Assembly (NCBI RefSeq): GCF_018350175.1
Contig: NC_058369.1
Coordinates: 5,768,001 to 5,832,000, forward strand
Length of the DNA: 64,000 nucleotides
From: Felis catus
Taxonomy: Eukaryota
Direction: 5' to 3'
Part shown: positions 24,301 to 35,800 of the stretch, one piece after another
Numbering within the stretch: position 1 is the first letter of the stretch
How the letters are laid out: the number at the start of each line of letters is the position of its first letter
Notes under the pieces: model-generated
The model's input: only the letters and a program-made list of their open reading frames with translations
The model's database searches: none
Told to the model about the DNA's origin: nothing
Translations under genes and position numbers: made by a program

Positions 24301-26814
24301 TTCTTGTCAACTGTCCCCCCCCCCTTTTTTAATGTTTATTCATTTTTGAAAGACAGAGAGAGACAGAGCACAAGCAGGGGTGGGGCGGAGAGAGAGAGGA
24401 AGACACAGAATCCGAAGCAGGCTCCGGGCTCCAAGCTGTCAGCACAGAGCCCGATGCGGGGCTCGAACTCATGGACCGTGAGATCGCAACCTGAGCTGAA
24501 GTCGGGCTCTCAACCGACTGAGCCACCCAGGCACCCCACCCCTTTTCTTTTCTTTTTTCAAAAATTCTTTTAACGTTTATCTTTGAGAGAGAGAGAGTGC
24601 GAGTGGGGGAGGGGCAGAGGGAGGAGGGGACAGAGGATCTAAAGTGGGCCCCCGAGCTGACAGCCCAGAGCCCGATGACGCAGGGCTCAAACCCACGAAC
24701 CGCGAGGTCATGACCTGAGATGAAGTCAGTCGCTTCTCAGGAGCCCTTGTTCTCCCCTTTTCTTTGTTTGAATTGAGGGGAGATTCACACCACCACCTCC
24801 TTTATTAAAGACAGAAATTGCAGCAAAACATACATAGCCTCAAACCATTTTGACCATTTTTAAAGGGACGATTTGGTGGCGTTTCGTACAGGCTGGTGCA
24901 GCCACCACTCTTTGCCTTTGAACAAATGGTTACGGAGCACCGACCTTTGCCAGGAGGAAGACGCAGGTGGAGGCAAAGACCCCCTGCCCCCACCCGAGCG
25001 TGGCCCAGGAGCGCTCACGTTCCAGCAGACAGACTGACAGCCAAGCGGACAGAGCCAGCTGCCTGGTGGGGCTCCCAGCCCCTGGGTGGGGTCCTGGGGG
25101 CTCAGCCCTCACTCTGCTGTGCAGAGGAGAAGTGAGGGGGGGGTGCCGGTCTGTGAGCAGGGCCAGCAGAGCCCGGGGCCGGGGCGGGGCTCCAGCCTGT
25201 CCGGTGTCCCTAGATCACAACGAATGTGCCACCAGCACCGTGTGCACCAACGGAGTGTGCTTCAACGAGGACGGCAGCTTCACGTGTCTCTGCAAGTCCG
25301 GCTTCCTACTGGCGCCTGGTGGCCGCGACTGCGTGGGTGAGGCCCGGTGGCCGGACAGACGGGCTGGGCAGGGGGTGGGGTGCGGGGGGGCCCGCTGGGA
25401 CCCGTTGCAGAGCCTCCCCCCACCCCCACCCCTGCAGACATCGACGAGTGCCAGACTCCGGGCATCTGTGTGAACGGCCACTGCACCAACACTGAGGGCT
25501 CCTTCCGCTGCCACTGCTTGGGGGGGCTGGCGATGGGTGCGGACGGCCGCGTGTGCGTGGACACCCACGTGCGCAGCACCTGCTACGGGGCCCTGGAGCG
25601 GGGCTCCTGCGCACGCCCCTTCCCCGGGGCGGTCACCAAATCGGAGTGCTGCTGTGCTAGCCCAGACCACGGATTCGGGGAGCCCTGCGAGCTCTGCCCT
25701 GCCAAGAACTCCGGTGAGCGTCCTGCTGCCTGGCCCAGCCTGCCTTTGTGTCCCCGTAGACCTTCCAGTTCATCACCCTGGGGGTGGGCGGGGACAGGCG
25801 TCTTGGTTCCTATGGGGTGTTGGGGGGGGCATCTCTCTGCTGGTGACTCTCCCCAAGAAGACACCGCAGGAAGTTGCTGTCTCCGTTGGGGGAGGCAATC
25901 AGGTACCAGACTCTTGCTCCACACCAAGGGGTCACGTCCTTGGGAGTGGCTTGGGTGCAGCGATGACCACTGCCCCCTCTCCCCCTGTCTCTGCCACCCC
26001 AGCTGAGTTTCAGGTTCTGTGCGGCAGCGGTCTGGGCATCACCACGGATGGTAGAGGTGAGTGGCAGCGGGTGTCGGGAGAGGGCAGGGGGGCGGGGTGC
26101 TGGCTGGGCACCGTGTCAGTTTGCAGAGGCTGTCGTAGCCCGGCACCACGGGCTGGGGGAGGCTGGGGGGCTTCAAGCACAGAAATTTATTCCTCCAGAG
26201 CTATGGAGCCTCAAAGTCTGAGATCAACGTGTAGATAGGGTTGGGAGAACCTGTTCCTTGCTTGTATTCCCAGCTGCCTGTGGTCACTGGAGTTTTGGTG
26301 TTCCTTAACTTGCAGAAGGAGCCCCAATTTCCGCCTCCGTCTCTACATGGGGTCCTCCCTGCATGTCTGAGTCCGAATTTCCCCCTTTTATGGGTATGCA
26401 ATCATCCTGGAATGGATGGGGGGTCCACCCTAACGACCTCGTTTTACCTGGATCACCTCTGCAAAGACCCCATTTTGCCATAAGGCCCAATGCTGAGGTC
26501 CTGGGGGTTTAGGATTTTAACGTATGAATTTGGGGAAGATGCGACTCAACCCACAGAGCTGGAGATGGTGGGTGTGCAAAGCTGTGCTTTCTCCCACACC
26601 TTTCCCTCCTGAGCTGTGATTTTTTTTGCCCCAGTCGCTCTCCAACCTCCCTGATTCTTGTCATTCCCCCCACGACCGACAGTCCCTACCCTGGGATCCC
26701 TGGCTGATCTCCCGTGGCCACAGCAGGTCTCAGCCCAAGGAGCCTTATCTGTACAGGTGAAACCTGAAAGCAAAGGAAATTGCCCATGTGTGTGTCTCCT
26801 CATTGGTTTGCTGA

Positions 26815-26863
<49 letters not shown>

Positions 26864-29800
26864 CAGCCTTTCTGCCTGAGTGGTAACCAAAGGACTTAGG
26901 ATACAGTTGATTTTCCCTTGACCGCTGGGCCATTGGGGGAGGACAGACATCTGGACCACCACCCCCTCATCCAGTTAAAGGCACTAGCTCTGGAGCCAGA
27001 TGCCTGGGTTCGAATCCCAGCCCTACTGTTTACGGGCTGAATAACCTGGGGCAGGTTACTTACCCTGTCTGTGCTTCAGTTTCCTTGTCTGTGAAGTGGG
27101 CACAATAATAGGGCCTGTTTCGGGGCTGTTGTGTTGTGAGGGTCAGTCGAGTTAATATGCACAGAATGGTAAGCCCTCCGCGATGGTAGCAAGTAGGACT
27201 GCCTTTGTTCTGATCGTGTCGCCGCGGTACAAGGGTTTGCTCCAGGGGCGCCAGACTGAGGACGGCTCTGCCCCCAGGAACATTTGGCACTGTTTGCAGA
27301 AATATTGGGAAGGGTGCCTTTGGCGTTTCGTGGGCGGAGGCCAGGGACGCTGTTCAGCGTCCTACAGTGCCCAGGACGGCCCCACCGCCAAGAACGGCCC
27401 CGAAGGGCCACCGTGCCGAGAAACGCTGGTTTAGAGGGAAATGAGGCAGGGTCTGGGCTGAAGCTCGGGCCTCCGCGGGGGGACCTGGCTTCTTGGAGGC
27501 TCCTAGGAGCCCGAGCAGCCGCTCTGTCGTCTTCCTGCTGCAGACATCAATGAGTGTGCCCTCGACCCCGACGTCTGCACCAACGGCATGTGTGAGAACC
27601 TTCGCGGCAGCTACCGCTGCGTCTGCAACCTGGGCTACGAGCCGGGCGCGGCCGGCAAGCAGTGCGTGGGTGAGCGTGCGCGGCGGGCGGCGGGCGGCGG
27701 GCGGGTGCGCGGGCCTCCCCCCTCCGCAGACGCCCTCACCGCGCCCTCCCGCCCCCACCCCTGCCCCTAGACGTGGATGAGTGCGCGCGCAACAGCCTCC
27801 TGTGCGACAACGGGCGGTGCCGGAACAGCCCCGGCAGCTACAGCTGCTCCTGCCCCCAGGGCTTCAGCTTCCGGCAGGACACGGAGACCTGTGAAGGTAC
27901 AGCCTCCGGGCACACTGCGTGCAGCGTGCACTCACCCAGACGCATACGCGCTCGAACACTTACGCGTGCTGCGTGCGCCGTGTACACACGCACACACACT
28001 GTCAGACGCTCGTGGATGCTGTGTGTGCACACGGACACGCCCAGGCACGTGCTGCATGTGCTGTGTGCACGCACACACTCTCAGACACTTCTGCATGCTG
28101 TGTGTGCCTACATGCACGCACTCGGGCACACACGCTGCATGGCACACGCACACACTTACACATTGCATGTGGCGTGTACACACAGGCATACATGCTCAGG
28201 CACTTGCATGTGCTGCGTGCAGTGCGTGCACACAGACATGCTGAAAGATGCATGTATGCTGGTTACACACACATTCGCACTCACATAACTCGAAGACCAG
28301 TATATTCACGACTCAGTCTCACACAGTTATACACACTCATGGGTGCGTGCACTCAAACACACGTGTACCCCCATGCACACACTCCTTCTCACGTTTTACA
28401 CACTTGAACTCAGCCACACACAGTCACACCCTGAGAGGCACACACTTGTGCTTGCAGTCACCCAGTTACGCAGACTGGTACTCAGGACACACACACCCGT
28501 GTTCACACTCACAGACGTGCCCGTGTAGCTACACACACTCAGGTGCACGCTCTCAGATGCGTGTGCCCACATCCTTATGCTTTCACACACTTAGATGTGT
28601 GTTCACATGCACGCTCTTGTGTGCGCACACACATGCTCACACGCATGTTCAAGCATGCGCACACTTCGTATCGCTGTCCTTATTCCCCAGCAGTCGTGTG
28701 GCCGTGCCCCCTCTGCGTGACCCCACCTCTCTCTGGGCCTTCTGTCTTCTCTCCCTCCCCCCAGCAGCCCCGCTCGCCCTACTCCAGAGTGACTTCTGTC
28801 CCCCACCCTGTCCCATCAGCTGCCTGCTACCCGCTCCCCGGCCACATCCAGGCCTCTCCTCCCTGGGCCTTCCTCCTGCCCCTCAGTCGCGTCCTCTCTT
28901 GTGTGGTGACTCCCTTGAGGGCCACTGTTCCCATCGTGTCTGTCCCTCCACGGTGACATATGTGTGCTCCTGGGACCCCGTGTGTCACCGTGCTTGTCTG
29001 AGCGCACAGCACGATTTGGTGCAAGCACTTGGGCGTGCGTGCCTGTGCGTTTCCGTTCCTGTGCACCCTGCCTGCGTGCGTGTGCCTCCTCCAAGTACAT
29101 GTGTGGCCACACATGTACCTGGGTGCATCCTATGTCACTGGACCCTGGCAGCCCCTGGGGAGACGGGAGTCCTGGTCAGCCGGGGCTTCCCCTCCCAGAG
29201 CTCAGGACCTGGTGGGGGACTGTCCTTGCAGACATCAATGAGTGCCTGTCCAACCCATGTGTAAATGGTGTGTGCCGGAACCTGGCCGGTTCCTATGCCT
29301 GTGAATGTGCCCCCGGCAGCCGGTTGGGGCCGTCCGGCACCGTGTGTCTAGGTGAGAGGCCCCAAGTCCCGTGGAGCAGCCGTGACCCTGCTGCCCGGCC
29401 CCGTGTCCCACCCTGGGGAAGGCCGGGCTTCTGTGGGTCGGTGTGCAGGTGTGGGCTGGCAGGTGACATGGGTGGCCGCCTCCCCCGCAGACAGCACCAG
29501 GGGCACCTGCTGGCTCCAGGTCCAGGACGGCCGCTGTGAAGCGAACCTGCGCGGAGCCTCCCTGCGGTCCCAGTGCTGCGCCACCCTGGGGGCTGCCTGG
29601 GGGAGCCCGTGCGAACGCTGCGAGCCCGGTAATGCCCTGGGAGCCCCCCGGGGGGTGGCTCTTGGGGTCCTCCCGGGCGTGGCCACTATGGTCGCCTGGG
29701 TGCCCGTTGAGAGAACGGGGGTCTGGATAGAGAAAGTGACTCCTGTGCCCACTCTGGTTCTCCCAACCACAGACCCCGCCTGCGCCCACGGCTTTGCCCG

Positions 29801-32800
29801 CATGACGGGGCTCACCTGCGAAGGTAACTCCCTGCCCCTCTGTGGTTCACCCCTCCCCGCAAGTTGCACACGGGCCGGTGCCTGTCGTGGGGGATGCCTG
29901 GGGTCCTGAAGTCTTTTGAGATCAAGGTAGAGAGTGCCCTTCCTTGGGGTCTTCCCCGAGATTCCCCAGCCCCCGAAGCTGGCACTGTCCCCTTTCCGCC
30001 TCCCCGAGGATAGCCTGGGTGTCCTGAACCCCCAGCGGGGGAGCTCCAGCCCTTGCCTCTCCCCCTTTTCCACCGCTGCCCAGATGTGAATGAGTGCGAA
30101 GTCTTCCCTGGGGTCTGTCCCAATGGGCGCTGCCTCAACACTGCCGGCTCCTTCCGCTGTGAGTGCCCCAGCGGCCTGACTCTGGACACCACCGGCCGCC
30201 TCTGCGTGGGTGAGTCCACGTGGAACTGTGCGGGGCTGCCTGCCCTCCCTCCGTGGCCCCCACGCCGGGGCCTGGAGACCCCTCCTAGGGACAGAAGGGA
30301 CTGGGGAGGGGGTCCTCTGGGACCCTCTGCTCCCTGCTCCTCTCTCGTTGACGTGTCTTGAAAGACATTTGTTTGGGGGTTTCACCCTTTCACTTACCTG
30401 CCCTTTAACAAGGCTCCTTGCTAACGGTAAGCTCTCGTAAAATACCATCTGCAACTTTTATTTATTCTTTCTTGTTACCAAAAAGGTTTACACGGGGCGG
30501 GGGGGGGGCACCTCTAGCATGCCCAGGAATCTCCCTCAGCATCCAGGGCTCAAACACTCACTCTGAATGGTTCCCCGTCAGGCTCAGAGATCTGAGACGT
30601 TTTCCCCCGGGGTGAGGGTTTCTCAATGTTGCCACTGTCCACATCTTTAAATAAAAAAATTTTTTTTCAGCGTATTTATTTTTGAGAGAGAGACGGCATG
30701 AGCAGGGGAGGGGCAGAGAGAGATAGAGAGAGGGAGAGAGAGAATCCCAAGTGGGCTCCTTGCTGTCAGCACAGAGCCTGATACGGGGCCGAACTCACGA
30801 AACCGTGAGATCATGACCCGAGCCAAAACCAGGAGTCACACGCTTAATCAGCTGAGCCCCCCAGGCGCCCGCCACTCTCCACATCTTGAAGCGGACATTT
30901 CTTGGCCAAAAGCATGCCAAGCAAACAGGGCTCTGCCCGGTTTCTCCCCACAGTTGGCTAATAGCCTCCTCGTAGGTGCCTTCTCAACTTTGCTTGGCTT
31001 CTGAACCGAGTTTTAGGTGGGTCCTCCCACTGGCCCCCAAATCTAACCAAAGAAAGAAAGGAATCGAGGAAAGAGGAAAAAGCCATCGCATTACAGGACC
31101 CGTGTGCTGAATTCGGGGCCGGGTGAACAGGGAGATGCTGACTCCGGTCCCGTCTGCTCAGACGTGACCATTAGCCCCGGGCCAGGGCACCCGTCCCTGT
31201 GTGCGTCACAGGGTTCCCAGAGATTCTCGAGGTTCTAAAACAAGGTCTCGTCTTCAAACTGACCTGCCCGATCATGCATTCCTTCGGGAAACAGAAGTTT
31301 TCCTAGACCAGGTGTTCAGCAAACGTTTTCTGCAAAGGGCCAGGGGTAAATATTTTTGGCTTTGCGGCCACACAGTCCCTGTTGAAGCTACGGAGGTCTG
31401 TCGTGTCGCGCAAAAGCAGCCACAGGCAATTTGGAAACAAAGGATGTGGCTGCGTGTCAATAAAACTTTATTTACAAAAACAGGCAGCCGACCCCCAGGC
31501 TTGCAGTTAGGCTCTCTTGGACTCTCGTCTCTGGTCTTGATGGAGGCTTATCTGGCATCGGATTGTTCTGAGGGCATCTTGCAGATCAGACACACACTCT
31601 GGAGCCAGATGGCCTGGGGTGAACGTGGTTCTGCCTTTCACCGTGTGGCCGCGGACAAGCTACCTAACCCTTCTGTGCCTCAATTTTCTTGCCTGTAAAA
31701 TGAACATGATGCTAACATTTTCATCTTGATGTCTATTTTGAGGATTGCATGGGTTGGGGAGCTTAGAACAGTGCCCTGCCCATAGCAAGCACCTTAACAC
31801 AGCAAGGTATTGCCACTAAAATGTTGCATGACCTTGTTACGGAAGTGTTACCGCTGGGTGATGTAGAATGTCGATAATGGCACTCCCCTTGCGCCCTTCC
31901 TGTTGGGGAGGGAGTTTCAGACAGGTGCTGCTGAGGGAGACCTCATCAGCCATGTGACAGCAGGCACACCGTGGCAGGGGTGGGACCCAGTGACTGTCCC
32001 TCTGTGTAGACGTGCGCCTGGAGCCTTGTTTCCTGCATTGGGATGAGGACGAGTGTGGGGCCTCCCTGCCCGGCAAGTACCGGATGGACGTCTGCTGCTG
32101 CTCCGTGGGGGCCGCCTGGGGGGATGAGTGTGAAGCGTGCCCAGAGCCGGAGTCCCCGGCATTTGCCAGCCTATGTCCCCGGGGACTAGGCTTCGCCAGC
32201 CGGGACTTCCTGTCAGGCCGGCCCTTCTATAAAGGTGTGTTCGGGCGCGGGGAGCCTGGAGGATGGGGAGAGGGCACAGCACAGGCAAAGGCCCTGTGGT
32301 GGGAAGTGTGTTTGGGAGAGAGCAACGCGTCTGCAGTCAGACGTGTGAAATCTCAGGGGCAGACCCAGGGACGCTGGAGGGGTTTGACTGACATTTCGTG
32401 CTCCCGCACCGCAGACGTGAACGAGTGCAAGGCGTTCCCCGGCCTCTGCGTGCACGGCACCTGCCGCAACACCGTGGGCAGCTTCCGCTGCTCCTGTGCC
32501 GGGGGCTTCGCCCTGGATGCTCGGGGAAGGAACTGTACAGGTATGTGCCCACCCCGGGGGCGCCTGCAGGAGTGGGGGCTTCGGATCACACATGGGGTCC
32601 AGACCCACTCTTGGTCCTGCTGCCTTCTCTGGCCCTTGGGGATTCCGACTGTGAAAGGAGGGGCTGACAAAGGCGACCTCCGGGGTGGGGGGAGTTCCCT
32701 GCCCTTCTCTGATGTGCAGCAGCCACACCTCCGTCCCCATCCCTGGCTCAGCTCGGCAGCTCGGGGCTCCCGTGTAGCCTCCTTGTCTACAGACACGGAG

Positions 32801-35800
32801 GCCGGCCTTGCCCCTCTCTCCCCAGACATCGACGAGTGCCACATCTCCCCTGACCTCTGCGGCCGGGGCACCTGTGTCAACACCCCGGGCAGCTTCGAGT
32901 GTGAGTGTTTCCATGGCTACGAGAGCGGCTTCATGCTGATGAAGAGCTGCATGGGTAGGTGGCCGCGGGGCCATTGCGCGGGTGGCCCCGGGCAGGGTGA
33001 TGCCTGTAGGGTCTCGGGGCTGAGGGGAGGGATGGTGAGGGCGTTGTTGTGATGGGCGAGGTGGGAGGCGCAGGTGTGGGGAAAAGCTGAGACCCAGCAA
33101 ATCTGGGCGCCAGGTGGTGGCATCCCCAAAGGCAGCCGGATGTCGGGTCTGTCATGCAGAGTTGAGTCCTAGGGACCCAGATTTGGGTGAGTTCTCCCAG
33201 AGCAGGTGTAGCGTGAGAAGAGGAGGAGGGCCCTGGAGGGAGGAGTTCCCCCCTTCCTTCCCTCCCTCCCTCCCTCTTTCCTTCCCTCCTTCTCTCCTTC
33301 CCTCCCTCCTTCCCTCCCTCCCTCCTTTCTTCCCTCCCTCCCTCCTTCCCTCCCTCCCTCCTTTCTTCCCTCTCTCCCTCCTTCCCTCCCTCCCTCCTTC
33401 CTTCCTTACTTCCTCCCTCCCTGCTGCCTTCCTGCCTGCCTTCCGCTTTTTTCTTCATTCAGTGAACATTTCATGCACCTCTACTGAGGGGAGCCACAAG
33501 GAGCTCAGTAGCAGACAGCCAGGCTCTCGGAGCTCATGACCTGATGGGGAGACAGATGTTGATAAAATTAATTCCTGGAGAGATGCAAAATGGCCACTGT
33601 GAGAAGCACTTGAGAGGGCCACGCGGTAGGGTAGAGTGTGGTCCCCCAGGGGGGATCTTGTTCTGTGGGCCTTGAGGTTGTGGCTGAGAGTGGGAGTAAA
33701 TGTGGTGAAGAGGGGCTGCAAGAGCAGCCTGAAGGGAGAACAGTAGGTGCAAAGGCCCTGGGGTGGGCCTGAGGGATTGAAGGGGTTTCTGTACGGTGAG
33801 CCAGGTGGAGGAAACAGCAGGTGCAAAGGCCCTGGGGTGGGCCTGAGGGGTGGAAGGAGGTACTCGAGACTGGAGTTTGAGGCGGGGGGTGGCACAGCCT
33901 GCTCCTGGTGATGCCTGCACCTTGCCTCCCTGCGGAGTCCTACAGGGTTGCTTCTCAGGGCCTCCTTCAGTGACTCGAGGAGTGTCGGCCTCATGGCCCT
34001 GATTCTCCTGAGGATTCCAGCTTCCTTCTTGGGCTGACCTGCCCCTGCTCCTCCCAGCGCACACCCCGCTCCCTGGGTCATCAAGCCCAAGCCTCCAGGC
34101 TCTCCCGGCCGTGGCCAGGGTGACGGGGCTGGGGACCGCAGGGAGAAGTTTCCCACGAGCCACGCCGCGCCCACCCTGGTCGGTGCCTTCACACCCGCTC
34201 TCTCTTGCACACGCGCAGACGTGGACGAGTGTGCGCGGGACCCGCTGCTGTGCCGGGGAGGTACCTGCTCCAACACGGACGGGGGCTACCAGTGTCAGTG
34301 CCCCCCCGGACATGCGCTGACGGCCAAGGGCACTGCCTGTGAGGGTGAGTGTGCAGCAGGCATGCGAGCGAGAGTGGTGTGGTGTGAGTGAAAGGTGGGC
34401 ATGTGCACTTGTGCGTGCCCTGTGAGAGTGTGTGAGTGTGTGTTCGAGTGTCTCAGGGACCCCACGCTGGGTCATCGCCTCTGCTCACATTGGGCCCCCG
34501 CCGGCCACGTGCTCCCCCCGCAGATGTTGATGAGTGTTCCCTGAGTGACGGCCTGTGTCCCCATGGCCACTGTGTCAACGTCATCGGGGCCTTCCAGTGC
34601 TCCTGCCACGCTGGCTTCCAGAGCACAGCTGACCGCCTCGGCTGCACGGGTGAGACTGCGCCCACCTGCCCCACGTGGGCACCAGCCCCCAGCCCCCAGC
34701 CCCAGCCACTGTGGCGGTCCTTCCTGGCCTCAGTTCCAGACCCCACTCCTGCCCTCCCCCCCCCCCCATCAGCCCCGTGCTCGAGCCTGCCCTGCCTCCC
34801 ACAGATATCAACGAATGCCACACTGGGAACGGTGGGTGTGATGTGCACTGCACAAACACCGAGGGCAGCTACCGGTGTGGCTGTGGACACGGCTACTCGC
34901 TGATGCCCGACGGGAGGGCGTGTGCAGGTGCGTGGGATAGGGGATCCAACCTAGCTTGGCCCAGGCGAAGCCGGCCAGACCTGGGATAAGCCGCTGACCC
35001 CGTGACCAGGTCCCCGGGGGCTGCTCCTCCGTCCCTGCCCGCCTACAGCCCAGCCCCCACCTCTGCTCCCCCAGACGTGGATGAGTGTGCGGAGAACCCG
35101 GACATCTGCGACGGAGGCCAGTGCGTCAACGTGCCGGGGGGTCACCACTGCCTGTGCTATGAGGGCTTCGTGGCCACGCTGGACGCGAGGGCGTGTGTCG
35201 GTGAGGAGCCAGGACAGTGGGGCAGAGGAGACAGCGTCCGACCTCACACACCAGGCCTTCCCCAGGGGGGCGCGTAGGCAAGACAGACACCGGGTCCCGT
35301 CCCCGTCACATGCAGGCGAGGGAGACAGGCTCTGCAGCAGCACGTGGCAGTCTGCGCGTGGCCACCAGTGCCCAGAGCCGACTGCCACGCACCAGGGCCT
35401 GGGGGCTCGGATTCACAGCAGCAGATACCCTGAACCTTGCTCTTGAAGTACATCTATTGAGCACCACTGTGTACCTGATACACACCCCGCTCCCGGGGCT
35501 ACGTCTCAAGATTGTCACACGCCGAGGCGTTTTATGCAGGGGGGGGGGGGGCGAGCTCGATGGGAAAGGGCGCTCAGAACTGTGTTTTCTGAGACCCGTT
35601 CGGGGACCGCGGGCTGTTCAGGCCGTGGTTACCGTCCTCCCCTGGCTGCGGGGCGTCGCGGGGCCCCGGGAGCAGATGCGTCCTGGGTGCCCCATCAGGG
35701 CAGCGCTGGGGCCCGAGTGGGGAAGTTCCAGGAAGGGAAGGTGTAATTCTCTCCGAGGAGAGACGTGTGTGCAGCCCCAGTGCAGCTCAGCGTTCCCGAT

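Noticed and set aside
23842..24310. ORFs with retroelement peptides as a possible active element
   Set aside because: Only ~600 nt of a 5'-truncated, frameshifted LINE-1 3' end.
29348..30454. 368-aa antisense ORF and similar long minus-strand ORFs over exons
   Set aside because: Shadow ORFs of GC-rich coding and intronic DNA; no domain or independent gene signals.
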